29,692 nucleotides of DNA from an uncultured virus (IMG/VR IMGVR_UViG_2061766007_000848) (Duplodnaviria; Heunggongvirae; Uroviricota; Caudoviricetes), in the IMG/VR virus record IMGVR_UViG_2061766007_000848; one strand, written 5' to 3'. The notes beneath the pieces are model-generated. The model was given only the letters and a program-made list of their open reading frames with translations, made no database searches and was not told where the DNA came from. The translations under genes and the position numbers were made by a program. Shown here piece after piece: positions 8,237 through 16,848 of this stretch. How positions within the stretch are numbered: position 1 is the stretch's first letter; each line of letters begins with the position of its first letter.

Positions 8237-8581
8237 TTAAAAAACTTTGTTAAAAAAATTTCTTGCGTAATTCTTGATATATTNNNNNNNNNNATCATAG
8301 TAGTCCCAATCAACCCCAAGGCTTTTTTTAGCCTTTGGGGTGGGTGTGGCTTTTGCCGCTTTCGGTGCGTTTGGGTCTTTCCGCCAATCGAATTTTCCAG
8401 GTTGGTACTCCTTCCAAATCCAGGGTTGTGTCGGGTGGTGGTCACCTACTTTGTGTGCCGTTTTAGCGACTTTCTTTTCGGGTTCGTTACCTACTTCCGC
8501 CTGGGCGTTCGGAACTAATGCTTTTAAAACCTCTTGTTCGTTTTGAGTAAGATTTGCCGATTTTGAATTTTGCGTTTTCAT
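8237..8581 (-). CDS. first gene behind the host-type promoter; low-complexity protein with a compact Trp-rich module
   Basis: Likely start MKTQNSK at 8581; HKVGDHHPTQPWIWKEYQPGKFDWR flanked by Lys/Ala/Pro linkers; end uncertain because of an N gap. Confidence 0.6.
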   Translation of the reverse strand: MKTQNSKSANLTQNEQEVLKALVPNAQAEVGNEPEKKVAKTAHKVGDHHPTQPWIWKEYQPGKFDWRKDPNAPKAAKATPTPKAKKSLGVDWDYYDXXXXYIKNYARNFFNKVF

Positions 8582-8647
8582 TTTCGATAGATTTTTACGA
8601 TTCAACATNNNNNNNNNNNNNNNNNNNNNNNNNNNNNGATTACAATA

Positions 8648-8678
8648 CAAAAATAATACGCTTTTTTAAAACGGCAAA
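8648..8678 (-). promoter_or_regulatory. Bacteroidota primary-sigma promoter (-33 TTTG / -7 TAnnTTTG)
   Basis: Minus strand TTTG (8678-8675), 19 nt spacer, TATTTTTG (8655-8648); A/T-rich UP-like tract upstream; lies just downstream of a terminator. Confidence 0.75.
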
Positions 8679-8730
8679 ATATTTTGCTAAAAATTTTTGT
8701 AAAAAATTAAATTTTTTTTTTAGCAACAAT

Positions 8731-8760
8731 AAAAAAGCCCCCAATATTTCTATTGGGAGC
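8731..8760 (-). terminator. intrinsic terminator
   Basis: GCTCCCAATA-GAAA-TATTGGGGGC-TTTTTT. Confidence 0.85.
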
Positions 8761-8791
8761 CCTCCAAAACTATGAGCAATAAAACAAAACA

Positions 8792-9041
8792 TTAATATTT
8801 GTTGTACCAGAATTCGCTGGTATCCACTTCGGGCTTTTCATCAAACACGACACTCTTTTTGCCAACCCGAATTTCATCACCGACAAAATGGTCACGAATA
8901 GGTTCCCGGAGCCTNNNNNNNNNNNNNNNNNNNNNNNNNNNNNNTTGTTGACCATGGCGAAAACGTTCCATTGTAGTTTGTAGTCAGGAACCGATAGGTT
9001 GCTTGCTTTGGCGTATCATATTGTTGTTTTTTAGTTTTCAT
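8792..9041 (-). CDS. hypothetical protein (missed by the track; split by an N gap)
   Basis: MKTKKQQYDTPKQATYRFLTTNYNGTFSPWST...RLREPIRDHFVGDEIRVGKKSVVFDEKPEVDTSEFWYNKY; ATG overlaps the upstream TGA. Confidence 0.6.
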
Positions 9042-10267
9042 TTTTTCTTTTCGCCACTATAATATTCAACATTCCTATTTTTAAACTGACCTGCCTTTGA
9101 CTTCGATGGCGGGATTTTATCCTTTCCCCTACCATTCATTGAGCGGTCAAAAACCTCTTCTTCTCCAGCATCCTGGCGCTTTCTTTCTGCTTCACCATCC
9201 CATCCCGCCTGGCGTGCCTCCATATCCTGCTTTTGTTTACGTAACTTTGCCAGGAATAAATTGCGCACGTTTGTAGCGCTGCTTTTTTCGGTTTCAGGAA
9301 CCTCCTCCGCCTTAATATCGATGACGTCTTTAGCAGCGTTGCGTTCTATTTCAGCAAAGTCGTAAGCAGAGTTGGACGGATAATTCATTTCAGCGTTGGG
9401 GTCAAATTCACCCGATATATCGACAAATTTTGCGTAGTAACTATTGTGCAAGCCCGCAATCAATTTCTTGGGGTCATAGTTCATTCGGGCTGCAACCCTA
9501 CCTAAAATAATTTCCTTCAAGTTTATGGTTTTCAGGATTTCCTTCTGTATATGGTTTTGAATCGTTACTTCAATGTTAACATCGATAGCGCCATTGATGT
9601 TGATGACGTCGCCCTCTGCTTCCTTCCGAATTTGTTCCAGGGTACGTAGCATGGAATTGTAAGCATCGATGCCGTTCAACGCAACGTACCTTGCTTTCAT
9701 TTTGGAATACATCCAGGCCAATTCTTCAAGCCTGGGGCGCTTGTTATACAAACGAACATCGGTCACCCGATTTCGGAATTCCTCACGCTTGCGTTCAATT
9801 TCAACAATATGCTTTTTCAACACCCCTTTGACGTCATCCTCATTCACGATTATACCATTATCCTCGCCCATGATTTTTACTACCTCTGCAATAGTAAACA
9901 TGCGCCCCAAAAGTTCAATGATATCTTCCTCGAATGGGCTTAACTTGTATTTCTCTACGTTCTCTTTTTTCTTGCCGCCATAACAGCCTGCTCTACCAAA
10001 CGCCAAGGACTTTGCCGTACTTACTTTTGCGCGCATTTGATTGTATTTACGCTTCAGCTCAAGTATATCTTCCTGTTCCTTGGGACTCAGGTGTTCAATA
10101 TGTTTTCTCAATATATGGGGAAGCATACCGATATTGATTTCATCCCCTTCAGAACTTATATAAGTAGTATTGTGCAGGATTGGGTGTTTCTCCAAGGCAA
10201 GCATTTTTTTATATTCTTTGGGATTTACAACATCCTCTGGAATTAAAATAGTCTTATTTGTTTCCAT
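9038..10267 (-). CDS. DUF2280-like domain protein, candidate terminase small subunit / DNA-binding protein
   Basis: HTH-like FTIAEVVKIM, then IERKREEFRNRVTDVRLYNKRPRLEEL...TLEQIRKEAEG, resembling my recollection of DUF2280 (FEETRKRF...IPIANKAYRLRAL...LLEQAAKEVG). Confidence 0.5.
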   Translation of the reverse strand: METNKTILIPEDVVNPKEYKKMLALEKHPILHNTTYISSEGDEINIGMLPHILRKHIEHLSPKEQEDILELKRKYNQMRAKVSTAKSLAFGRAGCYGGKKKENVEKYKLSPFEEDIIELLGRMFTIAEVVKIMGEDNGIIVNEDDVKGVLKKHIVEIERKREEFRNRVTDVRLYNKRPRLEELAWMYSKMKARYVALNGIDAYNSMLRTLEQIRKEAEGDVININGAIDVNIEVTIQNHIQKEILKTINLKEIILGRVAARMNYDPKKLIAGLHNSYYAKFVDISGEFDPNAEMNYPSNSAYDFAEIERNAAKDVIDIKAEEVPETEKSSATNVRNLFLAKLRKQKQDMEARQAGWDGEAERKRQDAGEEEVFDRSMNGRGKDKIPPSKSKAGQFKNRNVEYYSGEKKK

Positions 10268-10279
10268 TACAACTTTGTT

Positions 10280-10591
10280 TTACAATTCGTTTTTTGCTAT
10301 TATATTTGCGGTTCGTATAGCGGTTCTTGCGTTCCTTTTGGTTTTTGACTTTTTCGGTTTGATACGCAAGCGTCGTACCCTTAACACGCAAATTGGGTAT
10401 TGTTTTTTGCTTGGGGGATAATGTGATATGCCTTCAATTTTGTATTCTTTTATTTTATCAATGAAATTAATGATACCCCGAACAGTGCCTGGGGTGTAAA
10501 TAAAAATCCGACAATGTAGCAAATCGTCGGAATAGATGCACGCCAAAGCGTCTTTTTGCTGAACCGCCTTTGTTAACTGAACAAGGTTCAT
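10280..10591 (-). CDS. basic hypothetical protein
   Basis: 103-aa ORF in operon packing. Confidence 0.6.
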   Translation of the reverse strand: MNLVQLTKAVQQKDALACIYSDDLLHCRIFIYTPGTVRGIINFIDKIKEYKIEGISHYPPSKKQYPICVLRVRRLRIKPKKSKTKRNARTAIRTANIIAKNEL

Positions 10592-10734
10592 ACCTCTATT
10601 ATTTCTTCTTTAGAATTAAGTTTCAAAAATGAATCTTCATGTAAAAACGTTCCCATGATACCACCTATCAAAATAGGTTCACCCGAATAGTTGAATTCAA
10701 CCCTTATTAGTCTATTTCCTTTTTCGGTTTCCAC
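10588..10734 (-). CDS. small hypothetical protein (GTG start)
   Basis: (M)ETEKGNRLIRVEFNYSGEPILIGGIMGTFLHEDSFLKLNSKEEIIEV; overlaps the flanking stop and start. Confidence 0.45.
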   Translation of the reverse strand: METEKGNRLIRVEFNYSGEPILIGGIMGTFLHEDSFLKLNSKEEIIEV

Positions 10735-11096
10735 TACTCCATTGCATTTTTGAAATCTCTAATATCATTTGTTGTAAACCTTGTGTTTTTAAACAACCAC
10801 TCACAAGCCTTGTCAATCAATTGTTGTTTCTTAAAAATTGCCCCATTTTCAAACGATTGTGTAACTGCTTGATTGGCTTTTTCAATCAGTTGTTTTCGCT
10901 CAATTGAAAACTGCTCGTCTTTCCACTGCATTGCTTGCAACGCACATCGTTTGAAATCATCAAAGTAAGAATAGTGGTCATTGCCTACAATATTCTTTGC
11001 TATCTCCGTAGCCTTCCGCTCGTTTGCAGTCTCTTTTTTAGGGTTGTTTTGATACATACTCAAGAACTGAATTGGTGTAATGTTTTCTGAATCCAT
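10734..11096 (-). CDS. hypothetical protein, paralog of 13519-13827
   Basis: Likely start MDSENIT; shares NExKAxEI, AMQWKDEQ and QQxIDxACEW with its paralog. Confidence 0.7.
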   Translation of the reverse strand: MDSENITPIQFLSMYQNNPKKETANERKATEIAKNIVGNDHYSYFDDFKRCALQAMQWKDEQFSIERKQLIEKANQAVTQSFENGAIFKKQQLIDKACEWLFKNTRFTTNDIRDFKNAME

Positions 11097-11104
11097 GGTC
11101 AATT

Positions 11105-11284
11105 TTATTTTCGGTGTCCTATATGATATTTCCCGCAATCGGAGCATTTGTAAACTCGATAAATCGCTCGTTTTATGCCGTTTGATTCCATGTATTCGAT
11201 AGCGTCTTTTTCACTATCAAAGCCCTTCTTGGGCATCATTATTCGGTTTCCCTTCCTTGTCCAATGATTGTTTAAACTTTTCAT
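11105..11284 (-). CDS. small Zn-ribbon protein (missed by the track, 59 aa)
   Basis: MKSLNNHWTRKGNRIMMPKKGFDSEKDAIEYMESNGIKRAIYRVYKCSDCGKYHIGHRK. Confidence 0.7.
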   Translation of the reverse strand: MKSLNNHWTRKGNRIMMPKKGFDSEKDAIEYMESNGIKRAIYRVYKCSDCGKYHIGHRK

Positions 11285-11514
11285 TTTCGATTTTCAATTT
11301 ATATGCTTTGATAAGCATATCCTGGTGTCGAATAATGCTATCCCTATTATTTATAGTTTCCGTCAAACTATTGTTCAGCGCCCTTAAATTGTTTACATCG
11401 GAATAATATTGCGCCTGGGCTGCTTCCATTTGTTTTTGAAACGTAACCAGTTGTTGGTGAAGCAATTGAACTTCCTTATTCCTACTTTTGGAAAGTNNNN
11501 NNNNNNATTTCCAT
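11217..11514 (-). CDS. coiled-coil hypothetical protein
   Basis: Heptad-rich; start is near an N gap. Confidence 0.6.
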
Positions 11515-11543
11515 AGCAATTTATTTTTATTGTTAATACTCTC

Positions 11544-11965
11544 TTACTGAAGCGGGAAATAGCCGTTGAAAATATCGATAGCGAAAATGAAATCGCTGAC
11601 GTCCTTACGACGCGCATACCGAAATTTTTCTTTCAGCACGCTTGAAACACCCGCATATTTCAAATAATCCTTCCAAACAAATTCACCTTCAATTTTTTCG
11701 ACAAGCCAAATATCGACAATCAAACCTTTCCAGGAAATTCTGAAATGGTTATCATCCGCATATTTAAGCGGTTCTTCGCAGGCTGCGGCTAATCCTCTAA
11801 GAATTTCTTTTGATTTTTCATCAACCTTGATTCTTATGTCCAAATCCTTGGGCTGTCGATTGACGGGAAAGCCGCATGTTTTCAAAGCCAAACTGCCGCA
11901 AATGACATANNNNNNNNNNNNNNNNNNNNNNNNNNNNNNACCTTTTCTTCAAAATTCTTTTCCAT
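11544..11965 (-). CDS. minimal Pol-beta superfamily nucleotidyltransferase
   Basis: YVICGSLALKTCGFPVNRQPKDLDI (GS...DxD), third Asp in IVDIW, and late RRKD; start MEKNFEEK at 11965 lies across an N gap. Confidence 0.75.
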
Positions 11966-11966
11966 G

Positions 11967-12203
11967 TTACAACTTTCTTAAATCATCATTAATAATACGT
12001 TCTCTGATTGTAAAAACTTTGTCCAGAATATATTTCCTCCGCTCAAAGTTCAAAAAACTGATAGAATTAGTAAAGTCATTTGAACCCGATTTTCCAATTA
12101 TTGTTCCATCGGGTGCAATTACGAAAAATTGCCCGTCATGCCGGACCAACTTTCGGTTCTTAATAGCCTTGCGGCGCAACCGCCTTAATAGTTTTGTTTT
12201 CAT
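11967..12203 (-). CDS. basic hypothetical protein
   Basis: MKTKLLRRLRRKA start, typical of Bacteroidota phage small genes. Confidence 0.65.
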   Translation of the reverse strand: MKTKLLRRLRRKAIKNRKLVRHDGQFFVIAPDGTIIGKSGSNDFTNSISFLNFERRKYILDKVFTIRERIINDDLRKL

Positions 12204-12511
12204 TTTCCCTCCTTTTCTTTTAGCCTTAAAATTAAAGTATCTGCTATATCAACCGCAGTATCTATATCGTCTTGATTCATTTGTTGCATAGTAGAAATCA
12301 TAGCGCACAAAATATCCTTTGCCGCCTCTGCTCGAAAGGATTTCCAATCAAAGGAATTTGATTGTTCGGTGGTTTCCTGCGGAATATTGAAGTCAAGGTC
12401 TTCCGGTTTATAGAAATCCTTGAAGTCCGTGTATGATATAGCGCTGCCACCGCTCCAAGCGCTAACTTCAACGTCAATAATCTTTCCGTCTGATTTTCTA
12501 ATTGCTTTCAT
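12200..12511 (-). CDS. hypothetical phage protein
   Basis: DWKSFRAEAAKDILCAMI...AVDIADTLILRLK module. Confidence 0.75.
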   Translation of the reverse strand: MKAIRKSDGKIIDVEVSAWSGGSAISYTDFKDFYKPEDLDFNIPQETTEQSNSFDWKSFRAEAAKDILCAMISTMQQMNQDDIDTAVDIADTLILRLKEKEGK

Positions 12512-12515
12512 AACT

Positions 12516-13514
12516 TTATCCCTTTAGTTTCTTTAAATCTTGATAGAGTGATGTTAGAGTTTCACTTGCTGCAAAATTGTTATTATACCAATCATACACT
12601 TGTTCAAAAGCGTGCATTTGTTTATCACTTGGCTTCCAATTTTGTAGTTGTACTCTGTCTTTGATAGATTTGAGCCATTTTTCGGCATACCACAAATTAC
12701 CCATATCGTTTTCATTTTTAGCAACAGTCCTTACTTGCTTTATTGCCCACAAAGAATCATTGTAACCTGTCTCGTCTTCTTCACTCCAGGCAGGATTTTG
12801 TTTAATGTTTGTTTCATCATCTTCCATTAATTTTTCGTATCGTTCATCTTCCTCATCATTATCAATTCCTATCATTACTAATGCCTTTTCATCAGCATCC
12901 CATTCATAACCTTCTTCTTTTATCTTTTGGAACAAAAGTTCCCGTTGTTCTTTGGTGGCTGGATGAAAAGCATCCTTATTTTGTAAGGTATCCACATAAA
13001 AACTTGGATTGTTCATAAAGTGATAAGTGCAATGACATCTAATATTTAGCCCATCAATTTCTTTGAATAATACTAAACATTCATGAGAAGCAAGCACATC
13101 ACCATCCTTTGCATCTTCAATAGTCCATAATTTAAAATCACAATCAGGATGTTCACATAACACTTTAGTTTCTTCTCCAAAAATATCTTCACATAGATAA
13201 CCATCTTCCTCTATATCTAAAATGTGTAAATAACATCCACCTGGAGAAACAATCCAATCTCCAACCTTAAACTTTGATTTAATCTTATCAACGTGCTTCT
13301 GCTCACCTTGTTTTTCAATATAAGCAAGCCACTTTTCTTGTTTTCTTTCACCAACAAATTGTGGATGAGGTAATTGTAAAAAACTGATAATTTCTTTCCT
13401 TATCCTCTCATCCTCTGATTCATATAAGTCGGTAAATATCTCTTTAGCAACATTAGTGCCAAATCTTGCTGCCACTTTATCATTGGCCTCTTCATATTTC
13501 TTTTTGTAGTCCAT
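12516..13514 (-). CDS. mosaic multi-module hypothetical protein of a Prevotella-phage-type family
   Basis: MDYKKKYEEA, ESEDERIRKEII, EKQGEQK, KFKVGDWIV, WTIEDAKDGDVL, HPATKEQRELLF, WSEEDE, WKPSDKQM, LYQDLKKL. Confidence 0.75.
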   Translation of the reverse strand: MDYKKKYEEANDKVAARFGTNVAKEIFTDLYESEDERIRKEIISFLQLPHPQFVGERKQEKWLAYIEKQGEQKHVDKIKSKFKVGDWIVSPGGCYLHILDIEEDGYLCEDIFGEETKVLCEHPDCDFKLWTIEDAKDGDVLASHECLVLFKEIDGLNIRCHCTYHFMNNPSFYVDTLQNKDAFHPATKEQRELLFQKIKEEGYEWDADEKALVMIGIDNDEEDERYEKLMEDDETNIKQNPAWSEEDETGYNDSLWAIKQVRTVAKNENDMGNLWYAEKWLKSIKDRVQLQNWKPSDKQMHAFEQVYDWYNNNFAASETLTSLYQDLKKLKG

Positions 13515-13518
13515 AGTT

Positions 13519-13827
13519 CTATTTTCCTTTCTGTGCTTTACGAAAATCTTCAATAAGTTCACCTTTGTTCAACATACACTTTCCCCAATCATACCAATCC
13601 AAGTAACTATTGACGTTGTCCTTTATCCACTCACAAGCATCGTCAATCCATTGTTGCTTCTCTTGTGCGTGTTGCTCATCTTTCCATTGCATTGCTTCAA
13701 GAATGTCAGCATATCTTGCTCTAAAACATCTGTCGAACACTTCGTTATGAGTATAATGTGGCATAAAGTTACCATAGAACTTATTCATTATCTCTTTCGC
13801 TTTTTCTTCGTTTGATATTGCTTTCAT
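13519..13827 (-). CDS. hypothetical protein, paralog of 10734-11096
   Basis: SNEEKAKEI, AMQWKDEQ, QQWIDDACEW, DFRKA. Confidence 0.75.
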   Translation of the reverse strand: MKAISNEEKAKEIMNKFYGNFMPHYTHNEVFDRCFRARYADILEAMQWKDEQHAQEKQQWIDDACEWIKDNVNSYLDWYDWGKCMLNKGELIEDFRKAQKGK

Positions 13828-14272
13828 ATCTCCTTACTTAAATCAATCACATAATCAGCAAGCCTATTCCGGAATTCCTTATCNNNNNNNNNNNNNNNNN
13901 NNNNNNNNNNNNNNNNNATGAAATAGCGCTCCAAGGTCAAAGTCTTGCGTCATTGACGAATTATAACATTTTCCCTTTTCGCGAACCAAAAGAAAATAAG
14001 GCTTTCCGGCAACAGCCAGCATTATCGGTTTAGNNNNNNNNNNNNNNNNNNNNNNNNNNNNNNNNNNNNNNNNNNGTAACTTTTTCACTTGCTTTCATTT
14101 CAATGTTCTTATAAACGACCAAAGGTTATCAAGAAAGTTTATCAAATCTTCCTCGTCATCTTTTTTTAATTCCTCTAATTTTTTCACGTTTACATAGTTG
14201 TCAACCCGATGCGTTGGACTATCAATATCATTAGAAGATTTCCAAAATTCGGCTTGCTGAATAATCAGGTCG
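13824..14272 (-). CDS. two small hypothetical proteins fragmented by N gaps
   Basis: Open frames DLIIQQAEFW...SFIRTLK (stop at 14095) and KPIMLAVAGKPYFLL...; boundaries cannot be resolved. Confidence 0.4.
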
Positions 14273-14385
14273 NNNNNNNNNNNNNNNNNNNNNNNNNNNN
14301 NNNNNNNNNNNNNNNNNNNNNNNNNNNNNNNCGCTTTCACGCTCCCCTATCACCAAAATAAAAAATAACACACCAGAGTACAAAC

Positions 14386-14964
14386 TCAAACTCCAAATTT
14401 AGTATAAATGATTTTCAGCGTTTGCGAAAGTGAAATTTTTGATTCCTGAAGGTCGTAAGTTGTAACAGCAACATTTATTTTTTCAATTCTTTCAATGCCT
14501 TCAGTTAACAATGCTTCCATTTCGTCAATAATACCTCGATTAGTCATTCGTTTTTGCATATCGGGCATTAAAACGTAAAACGTTCCCAATTCTTCGGGAG
14601 GGGATACAATTACCAAACTGCCGTCTGGATTCACGCCTGCTAAAAATACCAATTCAATTCCATCCTTATTTTGCGCCAAAGCGTTATCATCTTCAACTGC
14701 CATGACTGTATAGGTATCGACAATTTTCCCCGAATCAATCAACGCAATCGTCATATCCACTTCCAAAACAGCGGGAATGAAATTGTACTCAAAATCGGCT
14801 TTTTCCCGAACAAAGGTTTCAGCATTAGGAACATCGACATCATACGAATGAATATATTGCACGGCATCTATCCACCTATCCTTATATGCAAATTTCATGC
14901 TTGTTAAACCTACCACGACGAATTCTGAACCCTCGTAGAAGTAATGATTTCCAACTGTTACCAT
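14386..14964 (-). CDS. protein with DUF1653-like N-terminal domain
   Basis: GNHY..EG..FVVVG...WIDAVQY...TFVREKADF.YNF. Confidence 0.55.
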   Translation of the reverse strand: MVTVGNHYFYEGSEFVVVGLTSMKFAYKDRWIDAVQYIHSYDVDVPNAETFVREKADFEYNFIPAVLEVDMTIALIDSGKIVDTYTVMAVEDDNALAQNKDGIELVFLAGVNPDGSLVIVSPPEELGTFYVLMPDMQKRMTNRGIIDEMEALLTEGIERIEKINVAVTTYDLQESKISLSQTLKIIYTKFGV

Positions 14965-14990
14965 CTTTAGTTTTATTTTTAATATATTTG

Positions 14991-15377
14991 TTAACTTTGA
15001 TATTCAATGTATTCGTAGCAAGTTGTTTTATCATCCGAACAGCGCTTGAATGGCGGTTCTACAAATTGCCATATTTTTTCAGGTAGGTTTTCGTGTTTTT
15101 CTATGAAACGTTCGCAACCTTCCCTTAATGGGCATGGAATCAATCCCCTGGCGCCCTCGCAAAATGTAAAATCAGTATTCATTTTTATATCATTTGTTTC
15201 ATTGAATTTGAAAATATTAGAAATAGCAATGATATCACAATCCGTTGGCGCAAACTTTTTCCATTCAGAATACTCCATCATAACATGACCAAAGTCGTAG
15301 GATGAATATGAAAATTCATACCCTGTTTTGTATTTTACTTTAAATCCGTAATAAACTTGTTTTGAGTCCATTATCAA
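14991..15377 (-). CDS. hypothetical protein with Cys-rich C-terminus
   Basis: DFTFCEG...CPLREGCERF...C..C. Confidence 0.65.
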   Translation of the reverse strand: MIMDSKQVYYGFKVKYKTGYEFSYSSYDFGHVMMEYSEWKKFAPTDCDIIAISNIFKFNETNDIKMNTDFTFCEGARGLIPCPLREGCERFIEKHENLPEKIWQFVEPPFKRCSDDKTTCYEYIEYQS

Positions 15378-16847
15378 TTGAATCTATTGAAATTATACTT
15401 ATTTTTTATATCTTGAAGGAAAGCGTTCCCCCAAACGTAAATCAATTCCTGGCGTGCCCTGGTTATGGCGACATATTTTAGGTTTTCTTCTTGCTCATAT
15501 TGCCATGGTTGCGTTGCATACCTACTTGGAATCAATTCGGGGCAAAGAAAAAACACCCTATCATTTTCCAAGCCTTTCGCCTTATGAATAGTCGATAGCA
15601 TAATGCCCTTGATATTGTCGCTGAATATATCGTTGATTAAATTACGTAATTCCTTCACACTATTCACTTCATCGCAAAGGCACTCGATGACTTCAATCTT
15701 TTGATTAAGCACTTCCATTTTCGGGTGAAAACTTGGCTTTTTGACGCCACGACTTTTCAATTTATCAAACAAGTTATTTTGCTCCACCTCCAGCATCGAA
15801 AATAAACCGCTAATGGTCTTGGCGCCTGTTTTTCCAATAAGGGCTAAAATGCCCTCGCCTATTTCCTTGCCCCTAATTTTCGATTTTATTTTATTTTTCA
15901 ACAACCATAGGTAGGTCTGGACAAGCGGTTTCAGGTTCCGACATAAAATCCAATCGCCATATTGCAGTTCCGTCAAACTACCATCTTTGACCACGCCCTC
16001 GATAGCGTTTGGCGCATATGAAATTTCGGGAACTATTTTTTGTGCTTCTTTTACAATGTTTTTGGCGCACCGATAGGAAACGCTCAAAGGTAGTTTCACC
16101 GCCTTACCATTAATGTTAGCCAACTTGTCGTAACTTTCGGCATCAGCCCCCGCAAAGCCGTAAATTGCCTGGCGCTTATCGCCAACTGTAACGAGCCGTC
16201 CCTTTCGGTTCAAACAATTTTTTATGAAGTCATGTTGGCATACCGAAAAATCCTGGCTCTCATCGCAAAACACATAGTCGTATTTTTTGAACCGAATAAA
16301 GTCATCAACCACGGGAACGTAAATCATGTCCATAAAATCAAATTGTCGCTTATCTTTCAAAAGCAACTCAAATGCTTTCATAGCAACCTTAATTTCGTCA
16401 TCCCCTATCATTAAGTCATAATGTTCGGCTAATTCATTGATGGCCTCTACGTTATTTTCACAAAGATTACAACGCATTAGGTCAAGTATTTTCGGAATTA
16501 CATAGTAGTACCAACCTCGCTTGTTTTCGGGTATGTTACCAAAAAATTTTATGGCCTGTTCGGTTTTGGCTATTCCCTTATTTGGATTCATTTNNNNNNN
16601 NNNNNNNNNNNNNNNNNNNNNGAATTGTCATTATTTCAACGTCATTCCGCTCGTTCCGTTCTTTTAGTTCATCGACAATCGAATTATTGAACGCTAAAAA
16701 CAACGCACTTGCCCCCTCTGGAACGTACTTTAACAACTCCAATAGCGTGGTTGTTTTACCAGAACCCGCAACGGCTGAAATATTTAAGTCCCGATTGGTC
16801 CGCTGAAAGACGCTGTATATCGCCTTCTGATATTTACTTGGAGTCAT
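15374..16847 (-). CDS. uvrD: SF1 UvrD/Rep-like DNA helicase (one gene split by the N gap at 16594-16621)
   Basis: MTPSKYQ Q-motif, AVAGSGKTT, CDESQD, VGDKRQAIYGFAGAD, SYRC, STIHKAKGLE, YVAITRA. Confidence 0.92.
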
Positions 16848-16848
16848 A

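Noticed and set aside
4384..10736. TAG stop-codon reassignment as in Lak or some crAss-like phages
   Set aside because: Long genes are uninterrupted under the standard code, and TAG ends dnaQ, HU and the DUF3846-like gene at their natural C-termini.
14332..14348. GTG start (MKA) for the ORF at 14095-14340
   Set aside because: The minus-strand GGGGAGCGTGAAAGCG looks like the 5' arm and loop of a terminator hairpin whose 3' arm is in the N gap. The true start is probably inside the gap; neither reading can be confirmed.
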